From an uncultured Acidobacteriota bacterium (GTDB lineage: Bacteria; Acidobacteriota; Vicinamibacteria; Vicinamibacterales; JAKQTR01), in assembly GCA_963834645.1 (NCBI GenBank), contig CAWICP010000011.1, positions 35,332-99,331 on the forward strand: 64,000 nucleotides of DNA. Direction: 5' to 3'. The translations under genes were made by a program, and so were the position numbers. Positions 31,901 through 41,574 of this stretch are shown one piece after another. Position 1 is the stretch's first letter, and every line of letters begins with the position of its first letter. The notes beneath the pieces were generated by a model. That model did no database searches. It had not been told where the DNA came from and saw only the letters and a list, made by a program, of their open reading frames with translations.

Positions 31901-32329
31901 ATGTTCAAGGAGTTCAAGGAATTCGTGATGCGCGGGAACGTGATGGATCTCGCCGTCGGCGTCGTCATCGGCGCCGCGTTCGGCAAGATCGTCGGGTCGC
32001 TCGTCAACGACGTCCTGATGCCCGTGCTCGGCCTGCTCCTCGGGCGCGTGGACTTCGCCAATCTCTTCGTGACGCTCGGCGAAGGGACCTTCGCCACCGT
32101 CGCCGCCGCGAAGGAAGCGGGCGTGGCGACGCTGAACTACGGCGTCTTCCTCAACACGATCATCGAGTTCCTGATCGTGGCCTTCGCGATCTTCATGGTC
32201 GTGAAGCAGGTGAACCGCCTGAAGCGGCCCGAGCCAGCCGCCGCGCCGGCCACGAAGGACTGCCCGCACTGCGCGACGGCGATCCCGGTGGCGGCGAAGA
32301 AGTGCCCGAATTGCACGTCGGCGCTCTGA
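31901..32329 (+). CDS. mscL: large-conductance mechanosensitive channel with C-terminal CxxC-x10-CxxC
   Basis: [48 protein letters not shown]; KDCPHC..KKCPNC. Confidence 0.95.
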   Translation: MFKEFKEFVMRGNVMDLAVGVVIGAAFGKIVGSLVNDVLMPVLGLLLGRVDFANLFVTLGEGTFATVAAAKEAGVATLNYGVFLNTIIEFLIVAFAIFMVVKQVNRLKRPEPAAAPATKDCPHCATAIPVAAKKCPNCTSAL

Positions 32330-32335
32330 CGAGCG

Positions 32336-32492
32336 CGACTCGGGACTCGGGACTCGGGGCTCGGGACTGGGCGACGCTCGTCAGAAGCAAGAAGCCAGAA
32401 GGGCTTCCTGACGACTGTCAGAAGCCAGAAGAAGACAGCTGCACCGGTGGTCTTCTTCTTGCTTCTGGCTCTGCTCTGGCTTCTGGCTTCTA
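32336..32492. repeat. GGGACTC tandem heptamers plus composite AGAAGCC-arm element, copy 1
   Basis: gactcgg repeated about 4 times, then TCAGAAGCAAGAAGCCAGAAGGGC-N3-CTGACGACTGTCAGAAG ... CTTCTGGCTTCT. Confidence 0.8.
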
Positions 32493-33252
32493 GTCCCCCG
32501 ACGCGGTCAGCGCCTGTACGACCGCGTCGGTATCTGACGAGCGACTCGAAGACCGTGCCGGCGCCGGCGGCGCGCAGCGCGTCCACGCTGTAGCCGCCGG
32601 TGGCGACGGCCAGGCAACTGACGCCCGCGTCGCGCGCGCAGGCGACATCGAGCGGCGTGTCGCCGATGATGACGACATCGCGCGGATCCACTGGCGGGCA
32701 GCCGGCCTGGCGTGATCGTGCGACCGCCACGGGCACGAGCGCGTGGCGGTCCAGGCTGTCGTCGCCGTACGCGCCGCAGCGGAAGTAGCGCCACAGGTCG
32801 AAGTACTCGAGCTTGATGCGCGCGCCCTGCTCGTAGTTGCCCGTGAGCAGGCCGAGAAAGACGTCCGGACGACCGTCGAGCGCGTCGAGCACCTCTCGCA
32901 CGCCAGGCAGGACGCCCTTGAAGCGATGCCTCGGCTTCGCCGAGTCGACCGGCACCGGCTTGTGAATCTCCTCCGCGAAGCGCGCGAAGTACGCGGCCTT
33001 GTAGCGGGCGATCTCGCCGTCCACCGGGTGCACGCCTGTCGCCGACAGCGCGTCCGCGAGAATCTGCGACTGCGGGATCGCCCGCGTGAAGGCGTCCTTC
33101 AGGATCGCGCCGTCCGTGCGCCCGGGCATCGGGACGTGATCGAAGGCGCCCCGTATGCCGAACACCTCGTGAAAGGCGTCGTCCATGGCCCGCACGGCCG
33201 CGCCGCCCGTCAGCACGAGTGTCCCGTCAACGTCGAAGAGCAGCAGCTTCAT
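32490..33252 (-). CDS. HAD family hydrolase/phosphatase (frameshift near 3' end)
   Basis: LLFDVDGTL, GRTD, GLLTGN, IIGDTPLDV, AVATG. Confidence 0.9.
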
Positions 33253-34057
33253 ACTGGACCGCCGGCACGTCGAGGCTGCCTGCGACTTCGCTCGGCCAGG
33301 AACGCCTCGACGCTCCATGCAGACGTAGCCCGGGTGGCTTCAGCCGCCCGGCTGACCGGAACCAGCGCCGCCACCCGCCGCGGGCCTTCAGTTGCCCCGT
33401 CGCCGCGTCGAGGGCGAAGACTCGCTCGGCAACCGCGTTCGCGAACGTCTCGTCGGCCGTCAAGGCTATCACGGCCATGCCCCGCGCCTTCGCCAGCGCG
33501 GCGATGTCGCGGCCGAACCCGGGGGCGCCGCCGGGAACGAGCGCGTTCGCGTGCTCCAGCACGAGCACGGCCGGTGCCGTCGCCAGCGCCCGCGCCAGGC
33601 GACAGCGGGCTTTCACCGACGCCGACGCATCCGAGAGGCGCGTGCCGAGATCCGCGTCGGCAAGCCCGGCGTCGCTGGCCAGACGCGCGACGTCGGCAGC
33701 CACCGCCACCGGGACTGGGTCGAGCGACAGCGTGAAGGCCATCGCGATGCCCTGCGCGACGGTCAGGTCTTCGGCGAGCAGGGCGCGCGGCGACACCATC
33801 CCGATGCGGTCGAGTGTCGCGAGCCAGTCGTCGGCGTCGGAGATCGACGAGGTGGCGCGCCCGAAGAGGTGGACCTCGCCCTCGTCGGGCAGCGTCGCGC
33901 CCGTGAGGATGTTGACGAGGATTTCCGCCGACGGCGCGTCGAGGCCGGTGATCGCCACGCGTTCTGCCGGCCCGACGGCGAGGGCGGCGAGTCGCAGCGG
34001 CCGCAGCCCGCCGTAGTCCTTGCGCACGCCGCGGAGGTCGATGAGCGCGCCGGCCAC
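33227..34057 (-). CDS. degenerate ABC-ATPase-fold protein (3' end uncertain)
   Basis: ABC-like frame (LRGVRKDYGG, PDEGEVHLFG, LTVAQ, LARAL..P.VLVLE) but Walker A reads GLDAPSAE. Confidence 0.65.
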   Translation of the reverse strand: MAGALIDLRGVRKDYGGLRPLRLAALAVGPAERVAITGLDAPSAEILVNILTGATLPDEGEVHLFGRATSSISDADDWLATLDRIGMVSPRALLAEDLTVAQGIAMAFTLSLDPVPVAVAADVARLASDAGLADADLGTRLSDASASVKARCRLARALATAPAVLVLEHANALVPGGAPGFGRDIAALAKARGMAVIALTADETFANAVAERVFALDAATGQLKARGGWRRWFRSAGRLKPPGLRLHGASRRSWPSEVAGSLDVPAVQYEAAALRR

Positions 34058-34060
34058 GCG

Positions 34061-34610
34061 TCAGGCTCCCGGCTTGCGCGCGACGAGGCGGGCGATGGCC
34101 GCAGGATCGATCGACTTCCTCGGAGTGGAGAATCGTCCAGTCGCCGAACGCGGTCTCGAGTTCCCCGGGATGGAGGAGGTGGTCCGGAGAGGAAGGGCCG
34201 AACCCGCGCGCGATCTGGCCCGTCGTGAACGTCTCGTACATGACGAAGCCGCCGGGGCGGACGCTGCGCCGCAGGTCGTCCCATCGCGCGCGCAGCAGGA
34301 AGCGCGTGCAGAAGAGCAGATCGAAGTAGTCCGCCGGCAGCGGGTAGGTGTCGAGGTCCGCCGCCCACGGCAGGACCCGGAGCCCGCGCCCGGCGAGCGT
34401 GCGACGGGCCGTCTGGAGCCGATCGACTGCCCGATCAACGCCGTACGTGAGGAATCCCGCCTCCGCCAGCGGGACGGCGTGGCGGCCCTTCCCCATCGCG
34501 AGGTCGAGGGCGCGCCGCGGCCCCGGGCGGCCGTTCATTTCCGCCGCGACCCTGGGAAGCCACTCGGCGACGAACGGCGAGATGCTCTCGTCTGGCAGGA
34601 TGCCACCCAT
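34061..34610 (-). CDS. class I SAM-dependent methyltransferase (TehB-like)
   Basis: RALDLAMGKGRHA, GVD, ADL, FDL, RPGG.VMYETF, HLL.PGEL. Confidence 0.85.
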
Positions 34611-34633
34611 ACTGACGATTGTACCTGCGGAGT

Positions 34634-34787
34634 CGGGGCTCGGAGGATAGGGCTCGCCGAGTCAGAAGCAAGAAGCCAGAAGGGCCCACTGACGATTGTC
34701 AGAAGCAAGAAGAAGGCCTGCTGCAGCTGGAGATCCGTCTTCTTCTGTCTTGCTTCTGGCTTCTGGCTTCTGCCGACTACTGCTACT
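34634..34787. repeat. composite heptamer-arm element, copy 2
   Basis: GTCAGAAGCAAGAAGCCAGAAGGGCCCACTGACGATTGTCAGAAGCAAGAAG ... CTTGCTTCTGGCTTCTGGCTTCT. Confidence 0.8.
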
Positions 34788-35599
34788 GCCTCCTGCGTCC
34801 GCGCAGCGCCGCGAAGTCCGCGGCCGGCAGCTGAACCGTGCCGAATCCGTTCGAGTGCGCCGAGCGGAAGCCGTGGAAGTCGGAGCCGCCGGTGACGGCC
34901 AGGCCGAGGTGGCGAGCCATCGCGAGGTAGCGGGCGGTTTCGTCGGCGGCGTGATCGGTGTGGTAGACCTCGAGCGCGTCCAGCCCGGCCGCCGCCAGCC
35001 CGGGAATCAGTCCATCCTGCCTGGTCACGCCCGGGTGGGCCATCGACGAGATCCCGCCAGCCTGGCGGATGATCGCCGCCACCTCCTGCGGCGTCGCGCC
35101 CCGGCGCGCGACGTAGGCTGGCCTGCCCTCTCCCACGAAACGGTCGAACGCGTCCTGTTCGTCGACGGCATGCCCGGCCGAGACCAGGGCCTGCGCGATG
35201 TGCGGCCTGAGCACCGGGCGGCCCTCCGCCCGGGCGATGAGCGCGTCCATGTCGATGGGAGCGCCGAGCCTCACGAGCCGCTCGCCCACCGCCCTCGCGC
35301 GGCGGATGCGATCCTCGATCTGCGCCTCCAGAAACGCCACGAGGACCGGAGACTCGCGGTCGATGAAGTACCCGAGGATGTGGACGTCGCGTCCCCTCCC
35401 AGGCCGCGGTGATTTCGATGCCGGGCACGAACTCGATGCCGGCGCGCTCCGCCTCGCGGGCGGACTCCAGGAGCGCCGCGGTCGTGTCGTGGTCGGTCAC
35501 CGCCATCGTGGTGATGCCGGCGTCGCGGCAGACGCGCACCAGTTCGGCCGGCGAGTCGGTGCCGTCGGAGGCGGTGGTGTGGAGATGCAGATCGATCAT
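34783..35599 (-). CDS. PHP domain metallophosphoesterase (frameshift near 35395)
   Basis: IDLHLHTTASDG, AVTDHDT, PGIEI, RPHIA, MAHP, LEVYH, TGGSDFHG. Confidence 0.92.
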
Positions 35600-35783
35600 C
35601 GGGGACTCGGGACTCGCGGATGCAGTCAGAAGTCAAGAAGCCAGAAGGGCTCACTGACGATTGTCAGAAGCAAGAAGCAGCCACGTTGCAGCCGGTAGAT
35701 CGTCTTCTGGCTGTCTGGCTTCTGCTTCTTACTTCTGGCTTCTGACTTCTGTCTTCTGTCTTCTGGCTTCTGTCTTCTTCTTC
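35600..35783. repeat. composite heptamer-arm element, copy 3, overlapping the 3' end of the Fur fusion
   Basis: ggactcgggactc, GTCAGAAGTCAAGAAGCCAGAAGGGCTCACTGACGATTGTCAGAAGCAAGAAG, long CTTCTG(G/A/T) array. Confidence 0.8.
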
Positions 35784-36724
35784 CTCGTGCCGCGCTTCGT
35801 GAGAATGATGTACTCCCGCAGCAGCATGTCGAGGTGCCGGCGCTCCTCGTCGGCGAACTCGAGGAAGATCTGCTTGCCTTCGGAGTCCTCGAACCGGCTG
35901 CCGTAGCGCTTGAAGAACTGGTGCGACATGCGCTCGCACCGGATGCCGATCTTCAGGGCCTGCCGGTCGTCGACCCCCTGCGAGATCTCGTCGGCGCCCG
36001 CGGCGAACAGCCCGTTGGCCGCGCCCTTGAAGAACAGGAACGTGGGCCTCGACTCGAGTTCGGGGTCCTGCTCGAGCAGCCGCTTGTAGCGCGCCTCGAG
36101 CGTCGACAGGTGGTCGCGTTCCTCGTCGGCGAGTTTCTGGAAGACGCGCCGGCCGCGCACGTTCTTCGTCGCTCTCGCGGCACGCGAGTAGAACTCGAGG
36201 CCGCTCCGCTCGGTGGCGATCGCGATCCGGATCGCATCGCGCGCGAACACCATCTCGCTGGTCGACGGCTCGGGCCGCGGCGACGCTCCCGAGCGGCACT
36301 GCTCGCACGTCCCGTAGATCTGCAGCACGCTCTGGCGCGCGGCGAACCCGCGGGCGGCGGCGATTTCCTCGACGAGCGCCTCGATGTCGGAGCTCAGGAA
36401 CTCGGACGAGCGGTTGCAGCTCTTGCAGATGAGATGAAAGTGCCGTGGATGCCGGTACGAGTGCTCGAAGCGGAACCGGCCCTCGCCGAAGTCCACCTTG
36501 CGCGCCACGCCGGCGTCCACCATCCACTGCAGGGTGCGGTAGACGGTGGCCCGGCTGATGCGCGCGTCTTCGCGGCGGATGAGCGCCACCAGATCGTCGG
36601 CGCTCAGGTGCCCTTCGTGCTTGAGAAAGACGCCGAGGATGCGCTCCCGCTTGGTGGAACGTCGCCCGCCTGCCGGGTGCAGGCGGGAAACGTCGGGAAC
36701 GATCGGCTCGGTGTCGGCCGGCAT
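35729..36724 (-). CDS. Fur family regulator fused to a ferritin/rubrerythrin-like di-iron domain
   Basis: HLSADDL..SRATVYRTL, HFHLICKSC, YGTCEQC; then AIATER..FY, LADEERDH, GIRCER..FF, FADEERRH. Confidence 0.88.
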   Translation of the reverse strand: MPADTEPIVPDVSRLHPAGGRRSTKRERILGVFLKHEGHLSADDLVALIRREDARISRATVYRTLQWMVDAGVARKVDFGEGRFRFEHSYRHPRHFHLICKSCNRSSEFLSSDIEALVEEIAAARGFAARQSVLQIYGTCEQCRSGASPRPEPSTSEMVFARDAIRIAIATERSGLEFYSRAARATKNVRGRRVFQKLADEERDHLSTLEARYKRLLEQDPELESRPTFLFFKGAANGLFAAGADEISQGVDDRQALKIGIRCERMSHQFFKRYGSRFEDSEGKQIFLEFADEERRHLDMLLREYIILTKRGTRKKKTEARRQKTEVRSQK

Positions 36725-36742
36725 CAGGGAGTGATCCCCTGA

Positions 36743-37066
36743 CTAGCCGCTGAACGACGAGCCGCACCCGCACGTCGACTTGGCGTTCGGGTTCTTGATG
36801 GTGAAGCCGCCGCCCGTGACGCTGTCGACGAAGTCGACCTCGGCACCGTCGAGGTACCGCGCGCTGATGGGATCGATGAACAGCTTCACGCCGTTCACCT
36901 CGATCGACTGGTCGCCGGGGCCCGGTGCGTCCTCGATCATCAGGCCGTACTGGAACCCGGAACACCCGCCGCCCTGCACGAACACGCGGAGGCCGCTCTG
37001 CAGCTTCTGTTCTTCGGCGAGCAACTCGTTGATCTTCGTCGCCGCCGTCGTGGACACGTTAACCAT
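36743..37066 (-). CDS. erpA: A-type Fe-S cluster carrier (ErpA/IscA)
   Basis: LRVFVQGGGCSGFQYG, GAEVDF, NPNAKSTCGCGSSF. Confidence 0.92.
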   Translation of the reverse strand: MVNVSTTAATKINELLAEEQKLQSGLRVFVQGGGCSGFQYGLMIEDAPGPGDQSIEVNGVKLFIDPISARYLDGAEVDFVDSVTGGGFTIKNPNAKSTCGCGSSFSG

Positions 37067-37251
37067 TGGGGAGACTCCTCGCGGATTGGTCAAAGGACTA
37101 ACATCGTATTATAGCCTGCCCGCGGTGCCTCTCGCGATCCCGGGGGCTGCGAGGCGGCGCTCGAAATCCCGCATCATGTTATCCTTCATGGGTTTAGACG
37201 CCTCGGCCACCGTCAAGGATCCGGACACAACCGCCCCCCGGAGCGCCCGTC

Positions 37252-38687
37252 ATGGCCAACGAACATCCCTTCTATCTCGCCGGTCAGTGGCACAGGTCGA
37301 ACGATGTCGCTGCCTGTCACCAACCCCTGGGACGACTCCCCGGTCGGCTCGACCTGGCTGGCGAGCGAGGCCCAGGTCGAGGAAGCGACGGCCGCCGCCG
37401 TCGCTGCGGCGGACACGATGCGCAGCCTGCCGGCGTACGAGCGCGGCGCGATTCTGGCGAAGGCATCCTCCGTGATCGGCCGGCGGCGGACGGAGATCGG
37501 CCGCGCGCTCGCGGGCGAAGCGGGCAAGCCCATCAGGGACGCGCTCACCGAAGTCGATCGCGCCGCCATGACGTTTCACGTCGCGAGCGAGGAGGCGCGC
37601 CGGATTGGCGGCGACGTCATTCCGCTCGACCTCGCCCCGCACGGCAAAGGCCGCATCGCCATCCTGCGCCGCTTCCCCATCGGACCGGTCGCGGCCATCT
37701 CGCCCTTCAACTTCCCGCTCAACCTCTCGGCGCACAAGCTCGCGCCCGCCATCGCGGCCGGCAACCCCATCGTCCTCAAACCCGCGACGAAGACGCCGCT
37801 CTCGGCGCTGTTCCTCGCGAGCGCGCTCGAAGAGGCCGGACTGCCGAAGGGCGCGTTGAGCGTGCTGCCGATGTCGCGGCAGCTGGGCGACCGGCTGGTC
37901 ACCGACGAGCGCTTCAAGCTCCTCACCTTCACCGGCTCCTCGTCGGTGGGCTGGGCGATGAAGGCGCGCGCCGGCAAGAAGAAGGTGATCCTCGAACTGG
38001 GCGGCAACGCGGGCGTCATCATCGACGAGTCGGCCGATGTCGACTGGGCCGCGAAGCGCGTGGCGACCGGCGGGTTCGCGCTACGCCGGCCAGAGCTGCA
38101 TTTCCGTCCAGCGCGTGTTCGTGCACGAAGCGGTCTACGACGACTTCGCCGCGAACCTCGTCGCGCGCGTGGAATCGCTCGTGGTCGGCGACCCGCTCGA
38201 CGGCGCGACCGACGTCGGGCCGATGATCGACACGGGCGAGGTCGATCGCATCGAGTCGTGGGTGAAGGAGGCCGTCGCCGACGGTGCGCGCGTCCTCACC
38301 GGCGGCACGCGCGTCGGCCGATCCGCCTACGCGCCGACGGTGCTCGAGGGCGTGCCCGAGGTCGCCAAGGTCTGCGCGCAGGAGGTGTTCGCGCCGGTCG
38401 TCGCGCTGTACCGGTTCTCGAACTTCGAGGACGCCGTCGCCGCCGTCAACCGCTCGCGCTACGGATTGCAGGCCGGCGTCTTCACCACCAGCCTGCCGCA
38501 CACGCTGATGGCCTTCGACCGCATCGAAGCGGGCGGTGTGATCGTCAACGACGTGCCGACCTGGCGCATCGACCACATGCCGTACGGCGGCGTGAAGGAC
38601 TCGGGCGTCGGCCGCGAAGGCCCGCGCTACACCATCGAGGAGATGACCGAGCCGAAGCTGCTCGTGATCAATACGGAAGTCGGATAG
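37252..38687 (+). CDS. aldehyde dehydrogenase family protein (frameshifts near 37305 and 38080)
   Basis: ISPFNFP, LKPA, FTGS, LELGGN, AGQSCIS, EVFAPV, YGLQAGVFT, PYGGVKDSGVGREG. Confidence 0.95.
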
Positions 38688-38694
38688 GAATACT

Positions 38695-38790
38695 GGGGCC
38701 GGGATTCGGGATTCGGGACTGGGAACTCCGCCTTCGCCGAACGGACCGCGGGCCGGCTTTGGCGGTACAGGCGGGATTCGGGGCTCGAGC
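38695..38790. repeat. GGGATTC heptamer tract
   Basis: gggattcgggattcgggactggga ... gggattcggggctcg. Confidence 0.6.
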
Positions 38791-38862
38791 AAGGCGGGTC
38801 AGGGCGTCAAGGGCACGCGCACTTCGGCAATAACGGCCTGAGGCGGCATCGAGGGTGGCCAC

Positions 38863-39153
38863 ATGAACCGGGACGAAGTCATTCGGCGTTTGGCGGAGGG
38901 CAGGCCGTCGCTCGCACCGTTTGGGGTCGCTTCGCTGTTCCTGTTCGGGTCCGTGGCGCGTGGCGAAGAGTCGGCCAACAGCGACGTCGATCTGCTCGTG
39001 GAGTTCGAGCGCCCTGTCTCGCTCATCGCGTTCGCGAGGCTCCGCCGGGTCCTCTCCGGACGGCTTGGCTGCAAAGTCGACCTGGTCACGCGCGGGGCCT
39101 TGAAGCGTCAACTTCGCGACCAGGTTCTCGCCGAGGCCGTTCGTGCCGCGTAG
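38863..39153 (+). CDS. minimal nucleotidyltransferase (MntA-type antitoxin)
   Basis: LFGSVARGE..SDVDLLVEF, KVDLVT. Confidence 0.9.
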   Translation: MNRDEVIRRLAEGRPSLAPFGVASLFLFGSVARGEESANSDVDLLVEFERPVSLIAFARLRRVLSGRLGCKVDLVTRGALKRQLRDQVLAEAVRAA

Positions 39154-39330
39154 AGACACAGCAGGCTCGCCCCGAGGCATTCGCCTGGCCGACGGTCAGG
39201 GACATGCGGAACCTGTTGGCGGATCCCATGGTACTTCGGCGTCGATCTCGAGACGCTCTGGAAGACGGTTGCAGACGACCTTCCGGATCTTCAGGTGCAG
39301 GTCGAAGCGCTCTTGCGGAAGCTGGCGTAA
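39143..39330 (+). pseudogene. truncated HepT/DUF86 HEPN ribonuclease
   Basis: W..VRDMRNLLA and YFGVDLETLWKTVADDLP in different frames; only about 60 codons, N-terminal half missing. Confidence 0.7.
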
Positions 39331-39376
39331 TCCGCGCTTCCGCAACTGGCCCCGTCACGGTCCGACGGGCGGGCCT

Positions 39377-39800
39377 CTACCGCGGTCCCTCGACCAGCGC
39401 CGCGTCACCGCCGGGCACTTTGCCTCCCGCGAGGGCGGCAGCGCCCATCATGCTGCCCAGGCCCATCGTCTCGACGGCAGACGAGGGCACGATGATCATC
39501 GAGCCGCGCTCCTTGATGGCCTCGTAGAGCATGTTCATGGCGCGCAGGTGGCAGCGCCACGGGGTTGTTCTGATAGACGATCGGAGCCGCGGCCGCGAAC
39601 TTCTCCGGATCTCGGCTCCGCCGTGCCGAGGATGATGCGCGCCTGGCGCTCGCGCTCGGCCTGGGCGCGGCGCGACATGGCATCCTCCAGTTCCTTGGGC
39701 AGCTGCACGTCCCGGATTTCGACCGACTGCACCGTGATGCCCCACGGATTCGTCTTCTCGTCGAGGATCCGTCGAAGTTCCTTCGCGAGGGCTTCCCGGG
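39377..39800 (-). pseudogene. C-terminal fragment of an SPFH/stomatin (slipin) protein
   Basis: WGITVQSVEIRDVQLPKELEDAMSRRAQAERERQARIILG, LRAMNMLYE..IIVPSS; no N-terminus. Confidence 0.75.
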
Positions 39801-39894
39801 ATCTGACGCTCGGAGCGGCGGCCAGCCTTCCGGTGTTCGGCGCCGTGACTCGCGTCGATTGAGCGTTCTGACGCTACAACGTTACACTGACCAC

Positions 39895-40125
39895 ATGGGC
39901 GAGACCAGGCGCGCGACCATCTACTTCGACGCCGACCTCCATCGGGCTGCTCGCATGAAGGCCGTGGAGACCGACAAGTCCGTGTCCGATCCGGTGAACG
40001 CCGCGCTCCGGCAGAGCCTCGCAGAGGACGCCGACGACCTTGCCGCCTTTCGTGCCAGGGCCAAGGAACCCAACCTCGACTTCGAGGCGGTCGTGAAGGA
40101 CCTTCGGCGCCGTGGCAAGCTATAG
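39895..40125 (+). CDS. CopG/RHH antitoxin
   Basis: RATIYFDADLHRA.RMKA.ETD.SVS..VN.A; overlaps toxin start; upstream TTGAGC-18-TACACT ending 6 nt before ATG. Confidence 0.85.
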   Translation: MGETRRATIYFDADLHRAARMKAVETDKSVSDPVNAALRQSLAEDADDLAAFRARAKEPNLDFEAVVKDLRRRGKL

Positions 40126-40369
40126 GCTGCTGATCAAGCCGTCGGCCGCCAGGGAGATAGAGGCGCTCCCCGGGCGGGACCGGCCACGCATCGTCGCGAG
40201 AATCTCGTCGCTGGGGCGAGACCCGAGACCGCCCGGCTGCGAGAAACTCTCGGGGCGGGAGCAATTCCGTCTTCGACAAGGGGACTACCGCATCCTGTAC
40301 GAAATTCAGGATCTCGATCTGGTCGTTGTGGTCGTCAGGGTCGGCCATCGTCGCGACGTCTACCGGTAG
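40112..40369 (+). CDS. RelE/ParE family toxin
   Basis: Y.LLIKPSA.RE, DPRPPGCEKLSG, RLRQGDYRILYEI, VGHRRDVYR. Confidence 0.92.
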   Translation: MASYRLLIKPSAAREIEALPGRDRPRIVARISSLGRDPRPPGCEKLSGREQFRLRQGDYRILYEIQDLDLVVVVVRVGHRRDVYR

Positions 40370-40526
40370 CCGTCCGCCGAACTGCGGAGTCGCGTCCAGC
40401 CGGAAGAGCTGAATCGTCGCCCCGTCCTCCCCCACCGCCGGCGGGCCCACGAAGACCCGTGCAGCATGGCCGGCTCCGCGCGGGCGGCGTTGCCGTCAAC
40501 CAGTGCCTTACCGACATGCGGTGTGA

Positions 40527-40850
40527 CTAGGTCCCGGCCTCGGGCTGCTCCGCCACCGTCAGGTCGCCAATCAGGTTGAAGCTCTGGAAGATGAAGCCGA
40601 TGGCGCGGTTGCGCGCCGGGCCCGTGCCTTGAACGTCAACGCCTCCACGGCCTCGCCCTGCAGCCGGTCTGCCTGAGGTCGGCGTGTCGAGCAGGCCCAG
40701 AATGGAGAGGAGCGTCGACTTCCCGCACCCGAGGGCCCGGCCACCGCCGCGTACTCCCCGGCCTGGATCTCGAGGTCCACCGCCGCCAGCGCGTGCGTCT
40801 CCACGTCCTCGGCGTAGAAGACCCTCCTCACCTGCCGCAGCCGGATGAGC
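40527..40850 (-). pseudogene. N-terminal fragment of a LolD/MacB-type ABC ATP-binding protein
   Basis: [55 protein letters not shown] then stop. Confidence 0.75.
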
Positions 40851-40877
40851 GACGCCGGGGCCGCTGCCGTCGCGGGA

Positions 40878-41140
40878 GTACGAATCCGTCGCCTTCGACG
40901 ACGTCCTTCGATCGCACGAAGAAGCTGGCGATCTACGCGCGCGAGGGCGTGCCCTGGGCGTGGTTGATCGATCCGCTGGCGCGCACGCTGGAGGTGCTGA
41001 AACTGGAGAACGGCCACTGGACGATTCTCGCAACCCACGCTGGCAACGAGGTCGCCCGCGCCGAACCGTTCGAAGCGATCGAACTGGAACTGGCGGCGCT
41101 GTGGGGGGACGTCGGATCCGGGCCGCCGTCAGCGGACTGA
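40878..41140 (+). pseudogene. C-terminal fragment of a Uma2 family endonuclease
   Basis: SPSTTSFDRTKKLAIYAREGVPWAWLIDPLARTLEV..PFEAIEL.LAALW; 5' part replaced by the ABC fragment. Confidence 0.75.
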
Positions 41141-41168
41141 CCGGCGGACCGCGCCGCGCCCCGCGCGC

Positions 41169-41573
41169 CTACACGTGCGGCTCGACGATGCGCACGGTGA
41201 AGCGGGCGCCGTCGCGCGCCTTCGTGGCATCGTCCTTCGAGTAGAACCCCGACGGCGTCAGGTCCTCCGCCCCGTAGAACGCCAGTTCGCGGTCGCGCCG
41301 CAGCTCGCGGGAGATCCTGACCAGCGCGTCCATCTCTGCCGTGAGCGGCGCGGGCAGCCGGTCGCGTTCGGCGATCAGCACGTCGGACACGTCGTGGAGC
41401 CGCGGCGGCTCGATGCCGTGGGCGCGCAGGCCGGCCTTCAGCGCGAGTTCGACCACCTCCTGCGCCTCCCGGACCACGTCGGCCCAGTGGCCGTCTTCGT
41501 AGAGCACGTCGAGCGCCCGCAGCCGGCCCGCGGCGCGGCGGATGTAGTCTTTCGCGAGGTCCTGGTTGCGCAT
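41169..41573 (-). CDS. HEPN domain protein
   Basis: VVREAQEVVELALKA.L..GIEPPRLHDV, LRRDRELAFYG. Confidence 0.85.
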   Translation of the reverse strand: MRNQDLAKDYIRRAAGRLRALDVLYEDGHWADVVREAQEVVELALKAGLRAHGIEPPRLHDVSDVLIAERDRLPAPLTAEMDALVRISRELRRDRELAFYGAEDLTPSGFYSKDDATKARDGARFTVRIVEPHV

Positions 41574-41574
41574 G

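Noticed and set aside
30263-32329. Apparent malic enzyme-MscL fusion ORF
   Set aside because: A frameshift near 31695 bypasses the maeA stop at 31800-31802; mscL has its own SD and ATG at 31901
32336-35783. CRISPR-like reading of the repeats
   Set aside because: Copies are separated by whole genes, there are no regular spacers and no cas genes
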